Positions 19,531-27,503 of a stretch of 35,056 nucleotides of DNA are shown here, in pieces. This DNA comes from an uncultured Desulfobacter sp. (lineage in GTDB: Bacteria > Desulfobacterota > Desulfobacteria > Desulfobacterales > UBA2156), in assembly GCA_964608375.1 (NCBI GenBank), contig CAZSON010000004.1:1-35056 (forward strand), read 5' to 3'. Made by a program: the position numbers and the translations under genes. The notes beneath the pieces were generated by a model. The model had not been told where the DNA came from, ran no database searches, and worked only from the letters and a program-made list of their open reading frames with translations. Positions within the stretch are counted from its first letter, which is position 1, and each line of letters begins with the position of its first letter.

Positions 19531-19559
19531 TTATATAGGTTTATACAGGTCTATTTACA
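19531..19559 (-). promoter_or_regulatory. Sigma70-like promoter for rpsO
   Basis: On the - strand: TTGTAA (19559-19554), a 17-nt spacer, then TATATA (19536-19531), about 35 nt before the GTG start. Confidence 0.5.
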
Positions 19560-19582
19560 ATTACCGGCTCCAAACAGAGAAT

Positions 19583-20515
19583 CTATTGTAGAACGCAGCA
19601 ATATTTATATACACAATTATCTCTTTGTTCATTTATAATTGCAAGAAGATGATCCTTTTTATCGACGATCTTGATAAAATTGTCCGGGCGCTGACGTCGG
19701 CGGTCGATTTGGCCGGAACGAAAATCTGCTTGCGTGATGGTTTGGCCATATCGTATTTTTTGGGCTAATGTATGATCTGCCACAATCTCAGGAAAATCTT
19801 CCAAGGCTTTTGACATCCCTATAATTTGCTCTGATAGTTTTCCGGCTGATGCAAGTTTTTCAACCTCAGTTACGGTTAAGGCTTTGTCAAGTGTAAATCC
19901 ACTGCTTTGCAGTCTTCGCAGTTCTTTAAGATGGCCTCCGCATCCCAATGCTCTTCCAATATCTGCGCAGAGGGTTCGAATATATGTCCCCGAAGTACAG
20001 GAGACTTCAAAACGAATGGTTGGCAGGTCTATCTCGAGTATGCGAACAGATGAAATAAAAACTCTTCTTGCCGGTTTGTGAGCCGGTTTCCCACTTCTTG
20101 CAAGCTTATAAAGCGGAATCCCATTTTGTTTGAGTGCTGAAAAAATCGGTGGAATCTGTTGATTTTCTCCTTCAATCATTTTGAATGCGGTCTGCAGTGA
20201 TCTTTCAGACACTGTGATTTCATCACATCTTGAGATGATCCTCCCTGTTGCATCCTGCGTGTCGGTCTCGATGCCTAAGCAAAGCACTGCCTCATATTTT
20301 TTGTTTCCTTGTAAAAAAAACCTGGCAATTCGGGTCGCCCGGTTGATCAAACAGATCAAAACGCCGGTTGCAAATGGATCTAATGTTCCCGCATGCCCTA
20401 CTTTTTTCGCTTTCAGAGACTTCTTTACTCGCGCGACCACTTTGGCAGAAGTCGTATCTGCAGGTTTATCAACTATCAAAATTCCGCTGGGTTGGTATTG
20501 CATTGTTCGGGTCAC
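19583..20515 (-). CDS. truB: tRNA pseudouridine(55) synthase
   Basis: GILIVDKPADTTS and GHAGTLDPFATG motifs. GTG start forms a GTGA overlap with the upstream stop; an alternative ATG lies at 20503. Confidence 0.92.
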   Translation of the reverse strand: MTRTMQYQPSGILIVDKPADTTSAKVVARVKKSLKAKKVGHAGTLDPFATGVLICLINRATRIARFFLQGNKKYEAVLCLGIETDTQDATGRIISRCDEITVSERSLQTAFKMIEGENQQIPPIFSALKQNGIPLYKLARSGKPAHKPARRVFISSVRILEIDLPTIRFEVSCTSGTYIRTLCADIGRALGCGGHLKELRRLQSSGFTLDKALTVTEVEKLASAGKLSEQIIGMSKALEDFPEIVADHTLAQKIRYGQTITQADFRSGQIDRRRQRPDNFIKIVDKKDHLLAIINEQRDNCVYKYCCVLQ

Positions 20516-21492
20516 AATGCTTCAGCCAATTTGCTGATGTTAGATTTTATGTGGGCCAGCGTTGATTCAATACTGAAACCTGCCGCATTGGAATGTCCGC
20601 CACCACCAAAGGTGGAAGCGATTTCAGCTACATTAATCGTTCCATTGGAACGGAGACTAACGTGGAAATGTTCATGCGATTGATCTTCTTTTTTATCATC
20701 CCTATCATTGAAAAGCTCCTGGATCAGAGCAGCAACCTGAACATCCTCGATCCCTTTAGCATAATTGATAAAGCCATCGATATCCTCGGGCTTTGTACCG
20801 GTTTCATTCAGCATTGCTTGAGTGACTGCCATCATCGATAATCTGCCGTTTTTTGAAATTTCGATTGAGTCCAGCGCAAGGTTGAGAAGTTTTATACGAC
20901 CCAAAGAATACGTTCCGTAAACATGTTGAGCGATACTGTAAGGTTCTACGCCCAGAGCGATCATTTCGGCACAGATATCGAAAGCAGCTTTGTTTGTATT
21001 TGAAAACCGAAATGAACCGGTATCTGTTAAAATTCCCGTATAGATGGAAGTAGCTGTGGCCAGATCAATGTCAGCTTCCATCCGTCTTATTAGGCGGTAT
21101 ACAATTTCCGATGTGGCGCAGGCGGAAGGGTCTACGAGATGAAATTCACCAAACCGAATATTGCTCACATGATGGTCGATATTGACAATATGTGGTATAC
21201 GGCTTATGATCGGGACGGCTTTTCCAATCCGTTCAAGATTACCGCAGTCAAGAACAACTGCAGTATCAAAAGGATTCGGATCATCGATGTGCCTGACAAT
21301 GTGATCAACCGCCGGAAGAAATCGATAGATCGCAGGGATAGGGCTTTCGTTGTAAAGCGTGGCTTTTTTATTCAAAGTCTCAAGGGAAATCCCCAGGGCG
21401 ACCAGCGCCCCTATTGCATCGCCGTCAGGGTTGGCATGAGAGGCAATTAAAATATGATTGCTATTTTTCAACAGGTTGATGATCTGATTCAT
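20512..21492 (-). CDS. nrnA: DHH/DHHA1 phosphoesterase (bifunctional oligoribonuclease/pAp phosphatase NrnA-like)
   Basis: 326 aa. Motifs SHANPDGDAIGA, NIDHHVSN and C-terminal GGGGHSNAAG. Occupies the conserved position between rbfA and truB. Confidence 0.8.
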   Translation of the reverse strand: MNQIINLLKNSNHILIASHANPDGDAIGALVALGISLETLNKKATLYNESPIPAIYRFLPAVDHIVRHIDDPNPFDTAVVLDCGNLERIGKAVPIISRIPHIVNIDHHVSNIRFGEFHLVDPSACATSEIVYRLIRRMEADIDLATATSIYTGILTDTGSFRFSNTNKAAFDICAEMIALGVEPYSIAQHVYGTYSLGRIKLLNLALDSIEISKNGRLSMMAVTQAMLNETGTKPEDIDGFINYAKGIEDVQVAALIQELFNDRDDKKEDQSHEHFHVSLRSNGTINVAEIASTFGGGGHSNAAGFSIESTLAHIKSNISKLAEAL

Positions 21493-21838
21493 TATCTATC
21501 TCTATAGAATCTAGAACCTTATCGATATGTGATCCATAATCAAAAGATTCGTCGTAAAAAAAATTAAGATCGGGCATGTATCGCAGACCGAGTTGATTGC
21601 CGAGGGATCGCTTGATATATCCAAATGCATTCTGGAATCCTTTGATTGCATTATCCTTGCTGATTTTCCCGCCAAAAGTTGAAAAGTAAACCCTGGCAAT
21701 TCTTAAATCCCGGGACATTTTTACCGCGGTGATGGTCACCATCTCAAGGCGAGGATCTTTGATATCTTTTTGCAATAACTCTGACAACGCCCTCTGAATC
21801 AGACCACTAACCCTTTCGGCACGAGTAAAGGATCTCAT
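21461..21838 (-). CDS. rbfA: Ribosome-binding factor A
   Basis: 125 aa. RAERVSGLIQRALSELL...KDPRLEMVTITAVKMSRDLRIARVYF pattern. Confidence 0.9.
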   Translation of the reverse strand: MRSFTRAERVSGLIQRALSELLQKDIKDPRLEMVTITAVKMSRDLRIARVYFSTFGGKISKDNAIKGFQNAFGYIKRSLGNQLGLRYMPDLNFFYDESFDYGSHIDKVLDSIEIDNESDHQPVEK

Positions 21839-22122
21839 AAGTTCACAATTTCCATCTCAGTATCGACAATCTCAGCAATTCCCAGGTCATCCGTCAAATT
21901 GATCAGCTTGTCTATTTTGGAGTTTATCAATGCTCGATTATTGCCCACCAGGGCGAAACCTATTTCTGCTCTCTGATGAAGATCGTTTGAAGCGACTTCA
22001 GCTACCGAAGCGTTAAAATTATTACGCAAATTGCTTATAATCGATTTTACAACCCTTCTTTTACCCTTTAAAGAATGACAACAATGCAACCTGAACTTGA
22101 TAATCCCGTAACCGATGACCAT
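21835..22122 (-). CDS. DUF503 (YlxP-like) protein
   Basis: 95 aa. SLKGKRRVVKSIISNLRNNFNASVAEV motif. Same infB-to-rbfA position as B. subtilis ylxP. Confidence 0.7.
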   Translation of the reverse strand: MVIGYGIIKFRLHCCHSLKGKRRVVKSIISNLRNNFNASVAEVASNDLHQRAEIGFALVGNNRALINSKIDKLINLTDDLGIAEIVDTEMEIVNL

Positions 22123-22144
22123 TTTTTTATCTATTATCTATTAC

Positions 22145-22194
22145 TGATGAACTCGTAAAAAGGCCATATTGCGCTCTAAATGACCATTTTGGAG
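22145..22194 (+). repeat. Intergenic repeat unit (subfamily B), single copy between infB and the DUF503 gene
   Basis: TGATGAACTCGTAAAAAGGCCATATTGCGCTCTAAATGACCATTTTGGAG. Runs of 11 and 21 identical nt are shared with the reverse complement of 27131-27174. Confidence 0.8.
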
Positions 22195-22210
22195 CGCCGT
22201 CCTTCAATCC

Positions 22211-24745
22211 TCATTCGAGTTTGGGTTTAATCTCCTCCAGATAATAACATTCAATGGTATCCCCAAGTTTAAAGTCATGGTAGTTCTCAACGCCGATGCC
22301 GCATTCGTAACCGGTTTGGACCTCTTTGGCATCATCTTTAAAGCGCCGAAGTGATGAAATTTTACCATCATAGCTGACGACACCATCTCTCACGATTCGA
22401 GCACGCTGCCCCCGCTCTATTTTTCCGTCGGTCACATAACAACCAGCTATGGCACCAGCTTTTGGAATATGGAACACTTCTCTGATTTCAGCCATGCCCA
22501 AATTCCGCTCTTCAAAAGTGGATGCCATCATTCCGACAATCGCATCCTTAATCTCTTTTATCACGTTGTAAATAACATCATAAAAACGAATATCGACATT
22601 TTCTTCATTGGCCAAATCTATAACTTTTAAACCCGGGCGAACATTAAAGCCGATAATAATTGCATTTGATCCAGCCGCCAGGAAGACATCGGATTCAACA
22701 ATACCGCCGGTTGCGGAATGGATCACATTTATTTTGACCTCTTCATTACCGAGTTTTGTTATAGAGTCGCTCAGGGCTTCAATTGAGCCTTGCACATCCG
22801 CTTTAATAATCAGATTCAGATCCTTGATTTCACCCTCCAGCATCTTCTCGTGGAGTTTTTCAAGGCTTAACCTGCTTGTTCTTGAAAGGTTTTTTGACCG
22901 CTGTCGCTGACTGCGGAAGATGCTGACCTGTTTAGCGCTTTTATCAAATGGGAGTGCAATCAATTCGTCACCCGCCATCGGAACGCCGGAGAGTCCTAAT
23001 ATCTTTGCCGGTATGGATGGACCGGCTTTTTCGATCTGAATGTTCCTTTCGTTTAGTATAGCACGAACTTTTCCATGGTGTATCCCGCACACCACTGATT
23101 CGCCGGAATGGAGAGTTCCATCCTTGATCAGTACCGTGGCAACGGGCCCTCGACCCGCATCTAACTTTGCCTCAATTACGTGTCCTCTAGCCAGTTTTTC
23201 AGGATTGGCCTTTAACTCCAATAATTCTGCCTGTAAAAGTATCATCTCCAAAAGATCGTCTACACCCTGGTTCTCCTTGGCGGATACTTCCAGAAATATT
23301 GTATCACCGCCCCAGTCCTCAGCCATAAGCCCTGCTTCTGAAAGTTCGCGCCGCACACGTTCGGGATCCGCGTTTGGTTTGTCTATTTTGTTGATCGCGA
23401 CAATGATCGGGACTTCCGCTGCTTTGGAGTGGTTGATAGCTTCAATGGTCTGTGGCATTACGCCATCATCAGCCGCAACCACCAAAACAACTAAATCTGT
23501 AACATTGGCTCCCCTTGCGCGCATTGCCGTAAAAGCTTCATGGCCTGGTGTATCTAAAAAAACAATCTGGCCCTTTTTGGTCGAAACAAAATACGCGCCG
23601 ATGTGCTGCGTGATTCCCCCGGCCTCGGAATCGGTTACCCTTGATTTACGTATCACATCCAGAAGAGATGTTTTACCGTGGTCAACATGGCCCATGATGG
23701 TAACAACCGGAGGTCTTAACACCAATTTGCTCGGGTCATCCTCTTCAGTTTTTATAAGCAATTCCTCTTCAAAAGAGGCCTTTTCCACTTCATAGTCAAA
23801 CTCCGCTGCAACAAGTGCTGCAGTATCAAAATCGACTGTCTGGTTGACCGTTGCCATAACACCTAATGACAACAGTTGTTTTATGAGTTCGGCGGCTTTT
23901 ATACCCATACGTCTTGCAAGGTCCGAGAGGATGATTGTTTCATCAATTTTGAATTTTCGTTTGATCGCTTTGGGAACGGTAATCTGTGGCTTTTGTGCCG
24001 GAGTTGCAATTTTGCCCTTTGCACCCTTTCGGGTTTTACGGGTGCGTTGCCTTTGCGAATAAAGGGCTGCGCCTTCAACCACTTCTTTTCGCCGAAATGA
24101 AATTTTCTTTTTAAAAAATTTTTTATCTTTAACCGGTTCTTCAGCTCTTTTTTTTGTTTTCTTTTTTGCTTCCACCTGCTCCGCTGGTGGGGAAAGAACA
24201 ACCGGTTTTTTCTTTATCGAAACAGCGGTTTGCTCGCGTTTTTTTGATGGCTTTTTGGCTTGAATTTCTTTTACTTCGGATACTTTTGGCTCTGGAGATA
24301 CAGGGAGTTTAATAATTTTTGCCGGTGTTTCCTTTTTCTTTTTTACCTTTTTTGCCTTTTCCGGCTTTATAATCTTTAAGGCCGGCGGCTCTTCAGTTTT
24401 TGGCTCGATCGCTTCTTCATCACTTGCTCTTACCGGCTTTTCGGGTTCTACAGGTGTTACTTCTTTTTCGATAGGGGCTTCTGGTTCAGCATCGGGCTCT
24501 TCGGTTGCGACCTCCTCTTTCAGCGTCCTTCTTCGTCTTCGGATCACCGTCGGTTTGATACGTGTTACTTCCAGGTCTTGCGGCTTTGTCCCCATTAGGT
24601 TGTCCTTAATCCGGGTCACGGCTTCAGTATCTACAGCACTCATGTGGCTTGTCACGGGGATATCCATTTCCTTCAACTTTTCAAGGAGGGTCTTATTGGG
24701 CATATTAAGTTCCCTGGCAAGTTCATATATTCTTATATTCGACAT
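22211..24745 (-). CDS. infB: Translation initiation factor IF-2
   Basis: 844 aa with a K/E/P-rich N-terminal region. GTPase motifs [14 protein letters not shown] and NKID. Confidence 0.97.
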   Translation of the reverse strand: MSNIRIYELARELNMPNKTLLEKLKEMDIPVTSHMSAVDTEAVTRIKDNLMGTKPQDLEVTRIKPTVIRRRRRTLKEEVATEEPDAEPEAPIEKEVTPVEPEKPVRASDEEAIEPKTEEPPALKIIKPEKAKKVKKKKETPAKIIKLPVSPEPKVSEVKEIQAKKPSKKREQTAVSIKKKPVVLSPPAEQVEAKKKTKKRAEEPVKDKKFFKKKISFRRKEVVEGAALYSQRQRTRKTRKGAKGKIATPAQKPQITVPKAIKRKFKIDETIILSDLARRMGIKAAELIKQLLSLGVMATVNQTVDFDTAALVAAEFDYEVEKASFEEELLIKTEEDDPSKLVLRPPVVTIMGHVDHGKTSLLDVIRKSRVTDSEAGGITQHIGAYFVSTKKGQIVFLDTPGHEAFTAMRARGANVTDLVVLVVAADDGVMPQTIEAINHSKAAEVPIIVAINKIDKPNADPERVRRELSEAGLMAEDWGGDTIFLEVSAKENQGVDDLLEMILLQAELLELKANPEKLARGHVIEAKLDAGRGPVATVLIKDGTLHSGESVVCGIHHGKVRAILNERNIQIEKAGPSIPAKILGLSGVPMAGDELIALPFDKSAKQVSIFRSQRQRSKNLSRTSRLSLEKLHEKMLEGEIKDLNLIIKADVQGSIEALSDSITKLGNEEVKINVIHSATGGIVESDVFLAAGSNAIIIGFNVRPGLKVIDLANEENVDIRFYDVIYNVIKEIKDAIVGMMASTFEERNLGMAEIREVFHIPKAGAIAGCYVTDGKIERGQRARIVRDGVVSYDGKISSLRRFKDDAKEVQTGYECGIGVENYHDFKLGDTIECYYLEEIKPKLE

Positions 24746-24830
24746 TCAGCCCCCATCGTTTACTTTTAAGGCTCTTAAAAACGACCGACATTTTTATGCG
24801 AACAATTTAACCGGTTTTATTTTCTTACCT

Positions 24831-26207
24831 CTACTCAACTGCCAAGTTATCAGAAGGTGAAGTTTCATCATTTGTCACTTTAAGCTCAGAAGTCCCTTGC
24901 TCCGGAACTTCCAAATTCTCTGATGATTCACTCGTTTCATCTGGTGATTCATCAACAGGTATTTCATTGATTGCCGCAAGTCTTTCCTTTGCGGTTTCAA
25001 TCAATTTTATAGCTTTATCGTCCGCAATGCCACGGATTTGAATCAAATCTTCAACAGTGGATTGGCTGAGTTCTTCCACCGAAAAAAACCCCTTTTCATA
25101 TAATGCATCTGCCAAGCTAACGCCGATTCCGGGTAATGCAATCAGGGAATCGTAACTGTCTTTCATGGCTTGGCTGTAACGGGACTCGCTTGTCACATCC
25201 AGATGCCATCCGGTCAATCTAGAAGCGAGTCGCACATTTTGACCGCGTTTACCAATCGCTACTGAAAGTGATTCATCCGGGACGATGACTTCCATCGAAC
25301 GGTTTACTTCATCAATAATCACCCGAGATATATCGGCGGGAGCCAGTGCGTTGCAAACAAACTTTGCAGCATCCACATGCCAGGAAATGATATCTATTTT
25401 TTCACCTCTGAGTTCTTGAACAACCGCCTGCACACGACTTCCTTTCATTCCAACGCAGGCGCCCACCGGGTCTATGTCGGAATCGTTGGAAGCGACTGAA
25501 ATTTTTGCTCGGCTACCCGGTTCGCGAGAGGCGCCCATGATCTTTACAATACCTTCGGAGATTTCAGGAACTTCTGTTTTAAAAAGATTGACCAGGAAGT
25601 CAGCATGGGTCCGGGTTAGAACAATCTGAGGTCCCCGCGTATCATGGAGAACCTCCAAAATGTAGGCTCTCAACCGATCGCCTCTTCGGTAGGTTTCCTT
25701 TGGAAGTTGTTCCCGGGCCGGCAAGACACCTTCTGTTTGTCCCAGATTAACGATGATATCACCCCGATCCACGCGCTGGACGATTCCATTGATTATTTCA
25801 CCTTTCCGGCTGATGAAACTGGAATAAATCGCATCTCTTTCCGCATCTTTCATTTTCTGAATCATGACCTGTTTGGCCGATTGTGCAGCGATCCGTCCAA
25901 AGGTTGATGTGTCCATTTTTGTGCCGATGCTATCTCCAATTTCGCAGCCCGGATCGAGCATACGTGCTTCTTCAAAAACGATCTGCAGATCCGGTTCCGT
26001 GATTTCCTCCGTTACCTCCTTAAACTGAAAAACCTCGACTTCTCCTGATTCTTCACTGTACTGTACTTCAATATCGATTTTGCTCCCGAATTTTTTTCTG
26101 GCAGCCGATCGGAGCGCCTCTTCAAGTGCTTGAATCAGGATTTCTCGGTCAATGCCCTTGTCGCGGCTGACCTGTTCAATGACACGCTTCACATCTGCTA
26201 TAAACAT
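24831..26207 (-). CDS. nusA: Transcription termination/antitermination factor NusA
   Basis: 458 aa with S1 and two KH domains (GACVGMKGSRVQAVVQEL, AIGKRGQNVRLASRLTGW) and an acidic C-terminal tail. Confidence 0.95.
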   Translation of the reverse strand: MFIADVKRVIEQVSRDKGIDREILIQALEEALRSAARKKFGSKIDIEVQYSEESGEVEVFQFKEVTEEITEPDLQIVFEEARMLDPGCEIGDSIGTKMDTSTFGRIAAQSAKQVMIQKMKDAERDAIYSSFISRKGEIINGIVQRVDRGDIIVNLGQTEGVLPAREQLPKETYRRGDRLRAYILEVLHDTRGPQIVLTRTHADFLVNLFKTEVPEISEGIVKIMGASREPGSRAKISVASNDSDIDPVGACVGMKGSRVQAVVQELRGEKIDIISWHVDAAKFVCNALAPADISRVIIDEVNRSMEVIVPDESLSVAIGKRGQNVRLASRLTGWHLDVTSESRYSQAMKDSYDSLIALPGIGVSLADALYEKGFFSVEELSQSTVEDLIQIRGIADDKAIKLIETAKERLAAINEIPVDESPDETSESSENLEVPEQGTSELKVTNDETSPSDNLAVE

Positions 26208-26755
26208 TTATTTTCTCCACAATAATTCACTAGCTGTGCCCTGGCAATGTTTATGAAAGGAATCGAAAACATCTTATTTCCTACCAGGAGCTGAACATTT
26301 TCATATGAGGCACCTTGAATGGCGCCCTTGAAATTTTTTTGCCCATCGAAAGATTGTTTGGTTCTTATCTTTACTTCTTCCCCCTTAAATCTGTTAAAGT
26401 CATCCGGTTTCCCCAAGGGGCGGTCCGATCCGGGAGATGAAACTTCAAGCCGGTACGATTTTGCGTTTTCAAAATATACATCCAAAATATCATTTAACTG
26501 TTGGCTAATATGAACACAATCGGCCAACGTAATCCCTTCGGGTTTGTCGATATATATCCGAAGTACCCTTCCCGATGGCTCCCGACGGTATTCAACATGT
26601 ACCAGCTCTATTCCCTCTGCTTCGCATAAGGTTTCGGCAAAACCTTTTGCCCTGTCAATCACTTCCTTTTCAGCATAGGATGAAATTGCAGAAAAATCAG
26701 GCTTTGATCTTATTGCTTTTTTATTTTTTCTTTGACCTTTCACCACTTGATTCAC
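26198..26755 (-). CDS. rimP: Ribosome maturation factor RimP
   Basis: RVLRIYIDKPEGITLADCVHISQQL and LEVSSPGSDRPL motifs. The start is GTG (26755). The N-terminal ~28 aa exceed typical RimP length, so the true start may lie further in. Confidence 0.85.
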   Translation of the reverse strand: MNQVVKGQRKNKKAIRSKPDFSAISSYAEKEVIDRAKGFAETLCEAEGIELVHVEYRREPSGRVLRIYIDKPEGITLADCVHISQQLNDILDVYFENAKSYRLEVSSPGSDRPLGKPDDFNRFKGEEVKIRTKQSFDGQKNFKGAIQGASYENVQLLVGNKMFSIPFINIARAQLVNYCGENKCL

Positions 26756-26765
26756 TGTCTCATTG

Positions 26766-26799
26766 AATCCAAAAGCACAAAACGGGCTATTGCCCGTTT
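26766..26799 (-). terminator. Intrinsic-terminator-like hairpin (candidate attenuator) between tRNA-Gly and rimP
   Basis: The - strand reads AAACGGGC-AATA-GCCCGTTT followed by TGTGCTTTTGG. This is an 8-bp stem (26780-26787 / 26792-26799) with a 4-nt loop and a U-rich tail. It ends about 10 nt before the rimP GTG. Confidence 0.55.
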
Positions 26800-26943
26800 C
26801 CTTTCATCCAGGTAGATCTTTCGTTGTGAGTGAAAATTACTTTTTCATAAAGACAACCATCAGAAAGAAGTAACTAAAAACCGCATATACATAAATAAAA
26901 GCTCTACCCAAATACCCCAGACAACTGCAAAAACGGACGGCCA

Positions 26944-27019
26944 TGGAGCGGGCAACGAGATTCGAACTCGCGACACCAAGCTTGGGAAGCTTGTACTCTA
27001 CCAGCTGAGCTATGCCCGC
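26944..27019 (-). tRNA. tRNA-Gly (anticodon CCC), CCA encoded
   Basis: 76 nt: GCGGGCA-TA-GCTC-AGCTGGTA-GAGT-A-CAAGC-TTCCCAA-GCTTG-GTGTC-GCGAG-TTCGAAT-CTCGT-TGCCCGC-T-CCA. Folds as a full cloverleaf with a 7-bp acceptor stem, a TTCGAAT T-loop and discriminator U. Confidence 0.93.
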
Positions 27020-27030
27020 CCGAATAAGAA

Positions 27031-27059
27031 AGGATATCCCATAAAATATTTATTGTCAA
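27031..27059 (-). promoter_or_regulatory. Sigma70-like promoter for tRNA-Gly (and possibly the downstream rimP operon)
   Basis: On the - strand: TTGACA (27059-27054), a 17-nt spacer, then TATCCT (27036-27031). The -10 element ends 11 nt before the mature tRNA 5' end. Confidence 0.55.
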
Positions 27060-27084
27060 TATGTTTAACAAATTATTTTTAACG

Positions 27085-27174
27085 GTCTCGTAAAAAGTCA
27101 TTTGTGAACAATTTTGAACATTTTGAGATAAATGGTCATTTAGAGCGCAATTTGGATTATTTTCGAGTTCATCA
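27085..27174. repeat. Tail-to-tail dimer of intergenic repeat units (subfamily A forward plus subfamily B reverse), forming an imperfect ~90-bp palindrome
   Basis: 27085-27130 matches 34137-34183, with the first 25 nt identical. The reverse complement of 27131-27174 matches 22145-22190. The two units abut at GAGATAAATGGTCA. Confidence 0.85.
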
Positions 27175-27360
27175 TTTTTATTTATACAATTTCAGGTTGT
27201 ACGCCCCCCAATCCGCAGGAGCATTGCATCCATCTCACATCGAATGTGTGTTTTGGGAAAATTAAAGGGGAAAACCTTGAAGGATTCCCAATTTTATATA
27301 CATAGAATCGTCAAAAAATAGTGTTTATATCTTGATATTTTCAGATTGGGAGAATATAGT

Positions 27361-27440
27361 AATGGTCAAGTTGATCGATTGTTGAGTTTTCTGGACTTGT
27401 CTGTGGGGATAAAATCAGCAGTTTTAAACAATCGACCATT
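27361..27440 (+). other. Long-range inverted repeat (possible 5'-UTR structure) upstream of the secreted-protein gene
   Basis: TCGATTGTT (27375-27383) pairs with AACAATCGA (27427-27435). The helix extends across a 7-nt bulge via AATGG (27361-27365) and CCATT (27436-27440). It ends about 60 nt before the ATG at 27504. Confidence 0.35.
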
Positions 27441-27503
27441 GAACCCGGTGTCGCAACCATTAATAATTTTGACAGGCGTCGCTCGATATTCCAGGAGGGT
27501 AAA

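Noticed and set aside
22160-22175. Possible sigma54 promoter (GG...GC) inside repeat unit B (GGCCATATTGCGC)
   Set aside because: The GG-to-GC offset is 9 nt instead of the 12 nt of TGGCAC-N5-TTGC, and the flanking bases do not match the consensus.
23040-23795. 251-aa ORF on the + strand, antisense to infB
   Set aside because: It lies entirely within the conserved GTPase-coding part of infB. Its translation is S/T/A-rich low complexity with no motif and no RBS, so it is a typical shadow ORF.
26904-27101. 65-aa ORF on the - strand
   Set aside because: It reads straight through the tRNA-Gly gene (GHSSAGRVQASQAWCREFES is the translated tRNA), so it is not a protein gene.
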